This document shows positions 1-13,760 of a DNA stretch of 64,000 nucleotides, in pieces; position 1 is the stretch's first letter, and each line of letters opens with the position of its first letter. This DNA comes from Geosiphon pyriformis uo1. Its lineage: Eukaryota > Fungi > Glomeromycota. The translations under genes were made by a program, and so were the position numbers. The stretch lies in NCBI GenBank assembly GCA_016748015.1, contig JAAOMT010000597.1:664037-728036 (forward strand), read 5' to 3'. The notes under the pieces were generated by a model. That model ran no database searches and was not told the DNA's origin. It worked only from the letters and a program-made list of their open reading frames with translations.

Positions 1-1
1 G

Positions 2-295
2 ATTGAATTCAAAGCCACAAATAATCCTGAATTTTCAAGTCTATTTCACCAGTCTGAAAATTTTTCGAAATTTGAATCCACCCAGTGGAATATTGCCGCC
101 TGCATGGCGTATCTCCAAATTGTGATGAGTGAATTCACTCAAGAATGGGAACTATGTTATGAAAAAGCGGAAAGGGCTTTAAAGATATTAATATCAAAAG
201 ATGCATCCAGGGATTCCGAAAACCAAAATTCTCAACTTGAGGAAATCTTGGTCTCAGCTCGTGGTTGGGTCTCAAAATGGTTTGAGACAGATTAA
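2..295 (+). CDS. 3' end (last exon) of a VIT/von Willebrand A domain-containing (VWA5-like) protein; gene begins upstream of the window
   Basis: Frame is open from base 2 (IEFKATNNPEF...STQWNIAACMAYLQIVMSEFTQEWELCYEKAERALK...ARGWVSKWFETD*). W-x-x-A-x-x-x-AYL...EWELxxEKAxxxL matches the C-terminal helical motif I recall from VWA5A/PARP4-like proteins. Composition is coding-like and drops sharply after the stop. Confidence 0.7.
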   Translation: MEFKATNNPEFSSLFHQSENFSKFESTQWNIAACMAYLQIVMSEFTQEWELCYEKAERALKILISKDASRDSENQNSQLEEILVSARGWVSKWFETD

Positions 296-339
296 TATTG
301 ATTCGTCTAAATCATTACACAGATTAGTCAATAAGCTAA

Positions 340-1915
340 AAAATGTTAAGAAAAGCTAACATAGCAATATTTCAACAAATAATTAATAAATAAATTAATA
401 GCAAACTTAGTACAACTATTAAAATTATTGGTTTAAATAGTTTAAAAACCAACAACTTTAAAAATTTTAATACTAGTTTTAATTTAAGCCATAATAACAG
501 CCATAATATAATTAAAGACCTTAAAATTAAAATTTTTTAGTATTCATTAATGTAAAATAACAGATTACATATTATTAAATTGTAAAAATTTTTGGTGTTT
601 TTTAAATTTAAAAAATAACAATTAGCAAAATAATAGAAACAACAATAACTTTATCTTTAATTAAAAACCTAATTAAGCTTATGTAAATTTTTAAAAAAAA
701 ATTCTTTAGTTAAAACAACTGAATATTTATCTTGAAACTAATAGGTGTATTTTTAAGAATAAGAATGCAAATTACGAGAAAAAATTTCTTATTTAGTTTT
801 AATTTAATTAATAATAATACTAAATACAAAATTCAAATAACAAGCTAAATAATCATACAAATCCAAAAAGCAAAAAGTTGGCTTCGACTTTAATTTTAAT
901 ACAGTTACTTTAAAATTCAATACCAAAGATAAAAGACCAAAAACAAAACTATTTAAAAATTTATTAAAAATTAGATTTTTATTTAATAATTAAAAATTCT
1001 ATAAAAACTTCTGTTTATATTATATTTAACTAATTAATATTCATTTATAATTCAAAAAAATTGCAAAAAATTAACAAATGTTTTTGCTATACAGTTCTTA
1101 CTAATAATAATGTTATTTTTCTTATTTGTAAAATTCAAATGACTAGATACTTTATAAATTTAATTTTAGATAGTGGTTTTTTTAATTAGTGTAATAGTTT
1201 AGCATTTTTTAAAAATAATTGAAAAATAAATAAATATAACTAATAATTAATTTAAATAAAAAAAGACTAGAAATTGTAAAAGTTATACTTGTTTAAATAA
1301 ATAAGATATATAACAAAACAAAATAAATATATTAAAAACAAAAAACTACACAATAATTATTGATAATAAATAACTAAAAAAGTAAAAGCTTTATAAAATT
1401 ATGAATTATGTAAGCTTATGATTTAATATAATAAAAAACCAATTCTAAATAAATATTAATCTTAATTAATATCTTTAGAAATAGCCAAACAAAACATTAG
1501 TCTTAAAACATATTACTAATAATAATAATAATAACAAAAATTTTACTAATTCTAAAGATAAAAAAATAAAGACAACAACAAAATTAGTCTTTACAACATT
1601 TAGTAATAAAGAAAAATCATTAAACAATATATAAACAAACAATAAGAGATTAGTTGTAATAAAAAATTCTTTTATTAATTATTTTATAATATGGTTAAAA
1701 AAATGTTGTAACAACAATCCAGCAAAAAAACTAAGTAACACTATTATTAACATAGTTTTTATACAAAATATTAATACAAATAATTTTATTTTCTTTTAAT
1801 ATTATGATTTAAAACCACAAAAATATTTTATTAATTGTTATTATTTAAAACAAAGATTATTCCAATTATATCAACTTTCTTTTCTTTTCATTATTCTTTT
1901 CCTTTTTTCTTTTCT
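340..1915. mobile_element. Hyper-AT block, probable decayed repeat/transposon relic
   Basis: G and C strongly depleted, CpG nearly absent, no ORF of 60 codons or more, not a simple repeat, abrupt edges. Family not assignable. Boundaries approximate. Confidence 0.45.
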
Positions 1916-2379
1916 TAATTTGTAAAGTAGTTGGTTTTTGTGAAGTGTATTGAATAAATGTTTACTGAAAAGTACAATTAATACCTAAAATTATATCAAT
2001 GCGATGTCTTTTGTTGATAGTATGAACTATCCTTCTATTTTTAGATTCTCTTGTTACCTTTTGGAAAAATAGTGACTAAGATATTTATGAGACTGATTTT
2101 GCACATTGAATTCTTACTATTCAATTCACTTATTAAAGTTATCGCCATATAATGCTGTATTACATTTAACCGTAACAATATGATGCTATTATGACATCTA
2201 AGTTTTCTGTTACACAAACATAATAAGCATCTTATTGAACAGATAAAATCTTGTTATAAGACTTTCCATGTGAACCGATAGTCATTGCCGATCTTGATCT
2301 TTTGATTATTGCCTCTTTGGACCGTATAATAGTAATTTATCAAATGCCCAAAGCAAATTTTGACGCCTGTTCTTTAAGC

Positions 2380-5300
2380 ATAAATAATAAATAATATAAT
2401 AACAATTTTAAAAAACTAAAGCTAATACTAAAAAAGTTACTAAAAAAAAGTATATGTTTAAGATATATTTATCAATTGTTTTTAATTTATTGTGTCAATT
2501 CAATTAGTATATTTAGAGTTAAGTTATTTTTTAAAACAAATAAAAGCTATAGAATATAAAATAAGTTGGCCTTCAATTTTTTTGTAAAAAAATGTTTTTT
2601 TTTTACATTTTTGTTTAGTTTTTCTAAAGTTTACAAGCTTTATTAACTTGCAATTTGCTTTTATATATTTAATTTTCGATTATTTTAGATCTTAATGCAT
2701 TATTTAAGTTTTATTCTTTATTTTAATATTAGAATTAGCATTTTAAATTTTTTTTAAATTAGATTGTAAAAAATATATTAATTTAATATGTATTTTTAGA
2801 AGACTATTAAACAATTTATCAAACAGAGTTTAAATTATTTAAGAAAGACTCAAAAATAAAAATAGTTTAATAGCTTTATTTTTTTATTTAATAAATGAGG
2901 CTTAATCTTTATTTTCAGTGTTTATAAGAGTTTTAATTAATGAATAAATAATTATTTAGATATAAATATAATAATTTAAATTTTCAAATTCAAAAAACAA
3001 TTGTTTAAAGATAATTAAAAAAAATTTTGGTTTATTTAATTTTTTTTAAAATCCTTTTTAATAGAGATTTAATTGAAAAAGTAAATAGTATAAACAAAAT
3101 AAATTTAACTGAATGTTTTATATAAAACCAATTTTCAAAGTTTTGAAACTATTAATTAAATTGAACTTTAAATAAAAAATAAATAAGACAAAATAAAAAA
3201 AGATTAAGTTTAATATAATCTAAATTATTTTTATTGTTAATAATAAAATAATTTTGGGTTTTTTATGCTAAAAAAAGTAATTGTTTATATACTAATAAAT
3301 AAATCAAAAGTTTTATAACCTTACAAAAAACATTACTTTTATGTTATAAGTTCAAATAATATGTCAAAAAATAGCTAGGAAACAATAAAATTTATAGAAA
3401 TTCAATATAAAATTAGTTTTATAAATATTTTAATTACTATTTTTTTTAAAAAATAACAAAGAAATTTAAGATTAAGAAATAATTTATACTGTTAACAAAA
3501 AATAATACAGCTGTCATAATTTTATATTTTATTTTAATATTTTTATAATTTAATAACAGATATTATTTGTATTTTTTAATAAATATTTATTTAATATGTT
3601 TTATAAAAGTTAATAGTATATAATTCAAAAAAAGAGAAAAAAAGAATAAAAAAATAAAGAACTTAATATTATTGTATTAATTTTTGTTAAATTAAATTAA
3701 TTTGAGTGAAAATAATTTTTTACAGCTTTGAAAAGTCTTGTTTATATACTTTTAAAAAAGAATCAATAATTCGATTAATAATTAAGTTAATAACTAAGTT
3801 AAATACCAAGTTAATATAACTAAGAATTAAAAGATTCAATTATAATAATATGTTTAATTTCTAAAAATTCAAAGTTAATTTCATCAAAACAATTTACAAT
3901 AATTATTTATTCTAGATTCAATAATTTAAAATAGAATTATTGTGTTTTAAATTAATGACTAAACAATTATAAAGAGTTTAATTTTGAAAAAAATATTTTT
4001 GCATGAGAAAAAACAAATAAAGTATAAAATTTTCGAATTTTTTTAAGAAAAAATTGTAATAAAAGAATTATAAACTGGGACTTTAACAGATTTAATTATT
4101 GCTACCTGGCTAAAATCTAAAGCTATTTTAGTCTTATACAAAAGAATTTATGTCACATTTTTAATTTAACTATAAGTAAAAATTGATACACCAAAAAAAA
4201 GGTTTATAACAGTGTATTTATTTATTTTGTTAATAATTTGTTTTTTTTAAATTAAAATATAAAAAAATCTTTTGTCTAATATTTGTAAAAAATTTTATAA
4301 AAAAATATTTTTGTTCTAAAATTTTGAAGATATTTTACTTCAACAATTTATTTTATTATTTAATAATTATAATTTGCACAATATTTTGTTTTAAATAACA
4401 AAACTCTAAAATAAAATATAAATAGTTTGATTTTGAATTTTTTGATTAAATTTTTTATGTATTATATAGTAAACTTTACTGTTTTTTTTAAATATATAGC
4501 AGAAAATAATACAGTTAATGATTTTTTATATGCGATTAACTATTCAAGTCGATTAAGATAAGACTACACATAAAAAGCTGTAGTATTAGCCATTTGGTCA
4601 TTTATCACTACATATTTCATTAAAAAATACATATAAAAACAACTTAAGCTTATTATATAGACCAAAAAAACTTAAATGCTTTAAACTAAATATATTTTTA
4701 TTTTTTTTAAATATATTAGTTCATTTTTCTTAATTTTAAACATAAACACTCAAAATATTTTTCTGTAAATTATTAAATTAATCAAAGAAAATATACAATT
4801 TGATTTATTGTTACTTTAATATTTTTAAGCATTTTTAAAATCTTTTAATATTACTTTTAAAATACAAAAACCTTAATCAGAGTCATATACAACTAACTTA
4901 GAAATTTTAAATTATATATCTTTTTATATAACGCAGCTCAAAAAGATCATGCAAAATTTTGAATTTATAAACACTCGGCCCAAAAATTTAACCAAAAAAT
5001 TTCATTAATTTTAATAATATAATATAATATTAATATTAATATTAATATTTGCCACATATCAAAATATAATTTGATAATCATTTTAGTATTAGTCAAACCA
5101 GCTTTAAAATGTAAATTAGAATATCAAACTAATATTATTTAATTTTAATTTATATTTAGATATTTATTTAAAATTAGCAATTTTGTAAATATAGCAAACA
5201 AAATATTAAAAATCGTCAAAATAATTAAGTTACTGCTGTATAAAAACTCATTCATAATATTAAATGATAATTTGTATTAAAACAAAGCAGTATAATTTAA

Positions 5301-6490
5301 ACAATTAGTTAATTTATTTATTTTTTATTTTTAAATAGCTTTTAATCTTAACTCAACATATTTATTTATTAATAAATAAAACTGGTGTTTAAAAAGTTTT
5401 TTAAACAAACTTTACAAAAATAATTATTTTACTCTTATAAAAATACAGATAATAAATCATTTTATTTGGAAAACTTTTAATCAAATTGGTCTTAAATTTT
5501 ATATTTTTTTTGATTAGTTTTTGAAAATTTAAAAAATTTAAAATTTTTTTTCATATAATTATATAAACATTAAAAACATATTTTTATTTTTTTAAATAGA
5601 TGTTGTTAATAATTAGATTTTTATAATAATTTATATTTTTAATTATAAAAGAAAATTTTATTAATAATTATTATATGAAATTAAAATAATATATATAAAG
5701 AAACAGAACAGAAATTTAAAAAAAATCTCAACATATTTTTTGATATAAATTTTTTTTAATGAAATTGAATTTATACGATTTAAAATAGATTTTTTTTGTT
5801 TAAGAAGCATCTTAACTAAAAATAAAATTGTAAATATAACAAATAAGTGTTACATAAATTTTAATTAATTGCATTGATAAAATTTGAAATTTAAATTATT
5901 TGATACTTAAGAATCACATCAATTGCAAGCTAATAAATTATTATTTTATATTTTAATATTGTTATTAAAGAATTATTAATTTATTTAAATAAAATTCTGT
6001 GTCGATATTAGATTTATTAATATTTTATGCTTATTTATTTTGTTGTTGAATTTTTTTTAAAATTTTATTGTTTGTATGTTTAATTTTTTAATAACAGTTT
6101 TTATTGTTAATAACAATGCTTTTACAGTTTTCGATTTATTCAAATATTTGCAATTGTAAATATTATTTTAGTTTTAGTAATTAATTTAAATATAATATTG
6201 TAAATTATTTTAGCAAAATTATAACTATTTAATTCAAAGCTATTAATTTAGATTGAAAAAAAATATTCATTCAAAAAAGAATATAATTTTTGTTAATTAT
6301 AGTTTGACCAAAAAAGAATTTGTTTCAATTAAGTGCGTGTTAAAATTTTTTAAATTTTTTTATATTAAAAAAATAGCTACGTTTTAATTTTAATTTATTT
6401 TTGAAAATTTTATTTGAATTTTGCTAATATTTTATAGAGTATAAAGTTTAATAACTATATAACTTTGCTTTATTTAAAATAGCCAATTAT
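2380..6490. mobile_element. Hyper-AT block, probable decayed repeat/transposon relic(s)
   Basis: Same composition as 340-1915, separated from it by a ~460-bp island of normal composition (1920-2380). Boundaries approximate. Confidence 0.45.
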
Positions 6491-6492
6491 TA

Positions 6493-6494
<2 letters not shown>

Positions 6495-6538
<44 letters not shown>

Positions 6539-6556
6539 GTTGTTGTTGTTGTTGTT
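6495..6556. repeat. (TTA)n-(TTG)n compound microsatellite
   Basis: Direct reading. Confidence 0.95.
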
Positions 6557-7650
6557 TTACATAATAATAAATGATTGAAATAAGCACTTGACTATTCAAA
6601 ATACCATGAAAAATTTTATTGGTAAATAATAATAAAAAAGTTGGTTTTTTCAAAGATTTTTGAACTTTTTTTTATTTTGATAAATCTAAACAATTTCTTT
6701 GCCAATTTTATTTTCTTCAAAGCTAAAATGCTTGAGTTGATATCAAATTTTTTAGAATTTTTTTTTGGCGAAATGCAAAATCTTGTTTTTCTACACCGAA
6801 ATTACACATCAAATTTTTATTTGCATAATATCATTTGACAAAAATTTGGTTAAGGTAGAGAATGGAAATACCTTTTAGTTTAACCAATTCAGTTGTATTG
6901 CGGTGAAAGTTACGCCAAAAGTACTTAAGGACTTCATAATTCAATTTTATGGTGAATAAAAAAAATTGGTGGCGACGGGAATAAAGATAAATAAAAATAA
7001 CATTTACGTATCGGCCTTTTGAATCGTGATAAATTTTGATACCATTTTCACCCCCTATTATTTTCCACCGAGACCATAATTAATTTTATATTTTATTAAG
7101 TTGTTTATATTTAATGAAAATATTCAAAATTAGATAATTACTTGTAAATTAAATTTAGAGAAAAAAAAACAATTAATGATGAAAAAATTAAATAAATAAA
7201 GCATATCAATCAATCAATCATAAATAGTATATTAAAGGTAGCATTGAGATCATGTAATATTCTTCAATCAGTTGAATAATCAATAATCCTAAAGTTAAGC
7301 ATCTATAACATTTTCTTTAATTTAAGAATTAATAAAAATAAGAAATTAAAAAGCGGTCGCTAATAAACTTTCCTGATTTAATGAATAAATAATTTTTAAA
7401 AAGAAATTTAGCTACTCATTTAGGTAACGAGACAATTAGATTTGTTTGGTGTCTTTGTTTGTATTACAGTTCATTAAACTTATTCAAAGCGAATCATCGT
7501 TTAATGAATAAATTGAGAAATAATAGGGAGAAATAATATAAATACTTAACTCCCCCTCTAAAAAATTACTTTCTAAACAAACATTATTCTTTTTTAAAAA
7601 ACCCTATTCGAGTAATTGTCTATTCAATTTTATTCACCTAAAGTTAAACC

Positions 7651-9114
7651 ATGAAAAACAAAGAAATTAAAAGAACTCATCTAGAGGCTCATGATTGCAA
7701 CGAATGTAAACAATGTCAAGAGAGCATTCTAAACAATAAACTGAATTTGTGTGCGACATGCCAGTTCATACTTTTTGAAAAATTTTACTGCTAATTTTCA
7801 AGCGGCAATGACGAAGTTGATGAAATAATTAATAATCCAATATATATTCCACCTGATAATGAATGGGAATGTGGTAGTTTGAATTACTATGAATGGATTA
7901 CATGGGAGAGTTTGTTCAATATCAAGGAAATTGCTAGAGGAGGGTTCAGTATAATTTATAAAGCAACCCTAATTGATGGATTAATTGATTCATTGAGTAT
8001 AAAACATTATGGTTCAATGGAATATGAAAGAATTATTTATGGTGAAAATTTTGATGAAGTGGCAATAAAAATTATAAAAACGAATAGTTTAGAAGTATTT
8101 AAAGAGGTAAAAAAAACTATTAAATTAATATTTATGTTTAATTAATATTTACTTATTATTTATTTACTGTATATTATCTATTTAATTTTATACACTGTGT
8201 TGATAGTTAAATCTTCAAAGAGTTATGTTTATTACTAATGGGTATTTAGGTGATATCTCTAAAATATGGGGGATTAAGCAAAACGCTGAAACACTCGAGT
8301 ATGGAATTGTGATGGAGTTTGCCAAACATGGGGATATGCAAAAATTATTTAATGACAAATTTTTATTCTATGAGTTGGGAATATAAATTAAAGATCGCGT
8401 GTAATATAATTTCTGGACTTGATGCAATTTATCTATCTTGTAGTGTTCATCGTGACCTAAACTCGGGCAACATTCTACAATTAAGTACTTCTGAAATAAA
8501 AATTGGAGACCTCTGATTATGTCAACCAGTAAACAATGAAGCAACAACAACAACAACAACAACAACAGAGGAAAAAAAGATATATGGAGTGATTCCATAC
8601 ATTCCACCAGAAGTTTTAAGAGGAGAAAAGTTTACTTTTGCTGGTAATATTTATAGTTTTGCCATGTTATTATGGGAATTAGCAACAGGAATCCTTCCTT
8701 TTCATGATTGTTCTCATGACCACCTTCTTATAATGGATATTTTGAATAGTATTAGGCCTGAAATTATCTCACCATTTATTCCACCTTCTATTGCCGAAAT
8801 AATTATAAAGTGTTGGGATGTTAATCCCGAGAATCGTTCTACTACTAGGGAAGTTTACCTAATGTTGAGTGAACTTAATTGCCAGAATTCCGAGTTTTTA
8901 GAATCAAAGAAATACTTAAAAAAAAATTTTAAAGAGCAACTCGACAACAAAAGAATCTTTAGGAATATTATCAAAATATATTAAATTCCTTAAAAAAACA
9001 AAGAAACGCGATTATATACCAACACCCTTAACAACAAAGATAAAAATTCATCCAGGAGCAGTTTATACAAGTCGTCTTTTAACAGCACAGATGGTTGATT
9101 TTTCTAAAGATTAG
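7651..9114 (+). pseudogene. Tyrosine-kinase-like (TKL) protein kinase pseudogene of the expanded Glomeromycota family
   Basis: ATG 7651; Cys-rich N-terminus; SGNDEVDEII; IARGGFSIIYKA (I); VAIK (II); GT-AG intron 8107-8206; YGIVMEFAKHGDM (V); HRDLNSGNIL (VIb); IGDL*L (VII); GVIPYIPPE (VIII); NIYSFAMLLWE (IX); CWDVNPENRS (XI); family tail HPGAVYTSRLL (~9049-9081). Lesions: TAA 7792-7794, +1 frameshift in the A-run ~8340-8344, TGA 8514-8516 replacing the G of DLG, and another frame change near 8980-9000. Confidence 0.93.
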
Positions 9115-9188
9115 TTTATCTATTTTCGTATTGAATAATTTATTGATTTAATTATTATACAGTATTTTAAAAATTCTTTTTATCTTAA

Positions 9189-9216
9189 TTTACTTTACTT
9201 TACTTTACTTTACTTT
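9189..9216. repeat. (TTTAC)n pentanucleotide repeat
   Basis: Direct reading. Confidence 0.9.
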
Positions 9217-9749
9217 ATAAAGAATTCGTCTATTTGCCTAATGAACAAAATTGAGAATATATAATTATGTGGAATTGATTAGTCTATTATACTTAGACTC
9301 TTAAAAGGATTCATTTTATTATTTAGTTAATCTTTTCATAAGTGATATTAGTTATAAAGTTTATTAAATTCATTTCGACATGTTAAATTATACAGATATA
9401 GTCATATTACTTTTATTAAAAAGATTAATATATCATAAATTGTATTCTTTTTCATTTAAGATGTTGTCCGAGTGTAAATTACAAATGAACCTTAAATGCT
9501 TTCAAGTGCTGAGTGAAGCTAAAAAATTTTTGATAAAGGTCGATTTACGCAAATTTTTAATTTAAAGTTACCAAGACTATAACCATCAAAAAATATCTGA
9601 CTTTACAGCTGTTTTTTTTTTTGAAATTATAGATGCTTTGAGAATCTCTTAAATCTTTTTGACTGCAAAATAAAAATTAGTGAATTTTATGATATTATAT
9701 ATTGTTAGTTTTGTTAAGCCCTAAAATTTTTTGGCATAATTTTCTTTTT

Positions 9750-10450
9750 GTGGTAAAAAATACCAAAGGGAAATAATTCATTTTTACAATAAATTTTTTT
9801 TAAAGTATAAATAACACACAAATGGATTAATGAAACATAATGATTTCATTATATCTTCAATAATAATGTGTCATTGGCTATAATTTTAAATTTTCATTTT
9901 AATAAATGATAAAATTATGAAAAATAAAAAAGTCTTTTAAATGAGAATTTTAAGCTTTATTTTTTAAAATTCATATTTTTGAAAATACTATATATGTAGA
10001 AAAGTTTTTTTTTATTTTTTTTTATTTTTGATTATAAAATTTTAATAGAATATATTTTCAAGACACAAAATATTTTTATACATATCTCACATATATATAT
10101 TAAAAAAGATAATTTATGAATTTTTATTGCAAAAAAAATAGAAAAGTAAGAATATTTGTTAATTAGTTTAAATACTATTTAATTTTTATAAATAAATTAT
10201 AAAACGAAATTAAAAAACCACAAATAAAGGAAATTTTGAATAAAAAATTTCCTTTATTTAATAAAACTATTTTTAAAAAAATTTTTAAGTTTAGCTTTGT
10301 AAATCTGTAATAATTAAATATCGAAAAAGAGTTAAGAAATTATCAATAATTTATTAAATTTTTAAGTAAACTTGAACATCATCATTATCATAATAGTATC
10401 ATTTTGAAAATAAATGTATTGCATTTCATTAATTTAAGGTCAATATTTCT
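9750..10450. other. Hyper-AT block, probable decayed repeat
   Basis: G/C-depleted complex sequence with no ORF. Boundaries approximate. Confidence 0.35.
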
Positions 10451-11973
10451 TTGATATAGCTGTACAACTAAATTACAAGCTTTTCATTAATAATCCCTTC
10501 ATGTCGTAACTCCCATGCGTATGATTGTAAAAAGGGTAAAGTGTTGATTTTCGTAAATCTTTTTAACTCTTCTAATCAAGAATCGACGGCTTTCAGTAAA
10601 GTAAATGTGAACATTACTTGACCCTAAGACTAATGCAAAAACAATAAAAAAAACAATAAGAGATTTAGATTTAGCAATTGACAAAGAAGAAAGTTAATCA
10701 TTAAGAAATTTAGAAATAAATCTTTATTTAACAGATAATTTAACAAGCTTTGTCTATTCATTTTATGATTTTCATTTGCTTATAGTTTTTTACCTTCCAC
10801 ATTGATTTAAAGTAAGAAATTGATATTGTAAACTTTTTGACTTCAAGTATCATCTTTTAAGATTATAGTCATGTGATTTACTCTTGGCTATTTATCAAAT
10901 AAAATTTGAATAATTAGAAGCCATTAAAAAGTACATTTAAAAGGAAATAGGAACTGCTTTATTTCTATTTTAGTAGTTTTCAATTGGTGGATTACGCTTA
11001 ATTAATTTGAAATTGCCATATTTATCATGATAATGGTACTTGGTGACCTTTCTAAAAATGCATATTCCAAATTTCTACCGTGTGTTACAGCTTCACAGAT
11101 ATGGATGCATTGTAACTTACAACTTGCAGTTGCAAAAAAAAATATGTAGCTACAAAGCAGAGAAATGTCAAAACATAATAATTTTGATAGCTTTCATTCT
11201 TTTATTTTGTTTTATTTAACTGATAGGCACATTCTATTTTTTAATGGAATCTTTAACATGGAAAATTTTTTCCTGTTTAAAGTTTACGATTTACATCCGA
11301 GTCAAGAAAAAATATATTATTTTTCTAATATATTCATGTATAAAATTTTCCGAATATGATTGGAACATATCATTAATATCTTTGAAAGTGTTTTATATTT
11401 TCAGTTTGCCAATTATTAATCCTTCTCGCATTTTCCTATACGATTAGAGTCTTTTTCAAAGTTCTTGATTAGTTAAATTGTAATACTTTTTCGGGTAAAT
11501 TATACTCTCTTACTTGTTATTTTTTCTCAATTAGGAAAACATTTGTTAATCTAAAGCTTGTAACCAGTCAAAAGTTAGAATGATAAAAAAATGAATTTTT
11601 GATACAAAAAATATCTCAAAACACTATGACAATTAATACTCAAAATAAAGAGTCTTTACGACACTCTTCATGTATAAGTAAATCCCAACCGGGGGGGGGG
11701 GAAAGAGTTTAATCTGCAATCATGACATCTTTGATAATTTTCAATTAGATTTAGTTATCAAATTTCCCCTTTTTTTTCGCTGACCAACTTGATATTTTCA
11801 GATTATAAATTGGGTTTTTTTTAAAACAGATGTGACATTCATAGATTCAAAGCATCAAAATTAGACTCAAATTATCTGATTTTAACAGCAAGAGTTTGTA
11901 CAAATAACTAAATTATGATATTCAAAAGACTTTTTAAGAATTTCGTCATTTTATAATGAGATTTTGTTTCCTA

Positions 11974-12004
11974 TAATAATAATAATAATAATAACAACAA
12001 CAAC

Positions 12005-12049
<45 letters not shown>

Positions 12050-12060
12050 TATTATAATAA
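11974..12060. repeat. (AAT)n/(AAC)n microsatellite
   Basis: Direct reading. Confidence 0.95.
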
Positions 12061-13703
12061 TCTTTAAATATCTATTTCAAAGCGAGAAAACCATTAGACT
12101 TTCAAGAAATTTTTACATGGTTGAAAATTTTTACTCAATGTAACATCGGTTCCCCATAGAAGTGATAAGTGCAACATCAATCAGTCCTGAAATCTAAAGT
12201 TTTTTCAAACAAGATATCTATAAAATTTAGAAAGAAAATAGCTACCAATTCAATGGTGAACCGCATAACCTTATCTCTTTCAACAAACTGCTTACCAACG
12301 AAAGATGAATGATCCCAAGGTTTTGGAATTTGGAATTTTCGAAAATCGTCTGTCAAACAAAAGACCCTGTGCTTCTAAACTAAGAATTGACTCGGGATAA
12401 GTTCAAAATACCCTATGATGGGAAGTGTGGATCTCTGTTAAATTTTTTTTCTTTCCAAAGATCAAATTAAGCTGTAAGACAAGGGGGGCAATATGCAAGG
12501 AATTCCCGTTTATCGGATGATTTTTGAATTTATTTTATTCGGCTAGATAATTAATTGGATATGAGGAAATTCAGTGAAATCACGATTTCAAATTGACACG
12601 GGTAAAATTTGACCAAGTTAACTTTTTTGCTGTAAAACCAATGATTTTCTAATTAACTTGAGCTGTATGCACCCATATTTAGAACGATTGAATATAAGGT
12701 TGAACAGTAGTAGTTGAGATTTCTGTCAAAAGGTTTATCCTCGTGTGATTTGCGGGGAAGATTTATATTTTGTTTGTAGTACGATAGTATTCAGCGTTAT
12801 CAATGATCACCTTTGAATCTCAAATTTAATTCGCTTTAAGGGGGGAACATATTGCATATCAGAACTAGGTGACATTGTATTGATCCACAATCGAGTAAAA
12901 GGAATTTTTTTTTTTACTACATAGGAAGAAGAAGAAGATTGTGTTCTTTATGAGGTAATGCTTGATTCCACTAGTTATTCACCAAGCTCAACTGATTAAA
13001 AGAAACAGGGCGGGAAAAAAAAATATGCAAACATTGCTACACAATTTTTTTTTACCTGATAAATATCTTCTTCTTTGCTGTTGGTTTTTTTTTCTCTCGT
13101 TTTACAGTATGTAAATGGACTCCTTAAAATTGCTTAGATGATAGACGAGGATATTTTTTTTACATAATCAAATCAATCGCAGAGTCAAATGAATATATTT
13201 ATACTTTCAATGAAAATGCAATAAGCACAGACAGTCTCAATTTCAATTTGCCCAAATAAAATTTGCCTTTCTTTATTTTTTCAAGAACCCTTTTTATTTT
13301 ATGTTTCACGTTTCGATGTAAGAAAAAACATGCATTAAACATTATCGTTTTTTCTAATGACATTTTTTTTTAAAATTTATTCAAAGCTTTTTTGAAAAAA
13401 AAAAAAACGAAACTTCTTTACACAAAAATAGGGCACCAAAACTCTGTTACTGGTCTTACTCGGGAGAAAAGATATTTTCTTGACAAATATTTTATTTACT
13501 TTTTGTTAACAAAATATATAAAGAAATGTATCAAAAGTTTTTGAGATTTTTGAAATTTTCAGCCAAATAAAAAGGACAATACAGATACCAAACAGATTAC
13601 ATATTATTCAGGATCACATTTTTAATATATATAATTAAATTCCCCAAGAAAATCGGAGTTATTTGAAGAAGGGTAACCAAAAAAGTAGATTTCTAATATT
13701 TAA

Positions 13704-13760
13704 TAACGACGACAACGACGACAACGATAACGACGACGACGACAAAAACAACAACAACAA
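13704..13760. repeat. (GAC/AAC)n imperfect microsatellite
   Basis: Direct reading; accounts for much of ORF 13659-13901. Confidence 0.9.

Noticed and set aside
8514-8516. In-frame TGA in the kinase as possible selenocysteine or recoding
   Set aside because: It replaces the invariant Gly of the DFG-equivalent motif, and the gene has other stops and frameshifts; a pseudogene is the simpler explanation.
8368-8607. Antisense ORFs over real genes (also 45093-45290, 55600-55794, 56307-56498, 56742-57005, 58403-58753, 62583-62777)
   Set aside because: Shadows of coding or pseudogene sequence on the opposite strand.
10499-10684. 61-aa minus ORF with a hydrophobic stretch followed by basic residues (possible membrane peptide or decayed last exon)
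   Set aside because: Non-ATG start, hydrophobicity explained by T-richness, no recognisable upstream exons.
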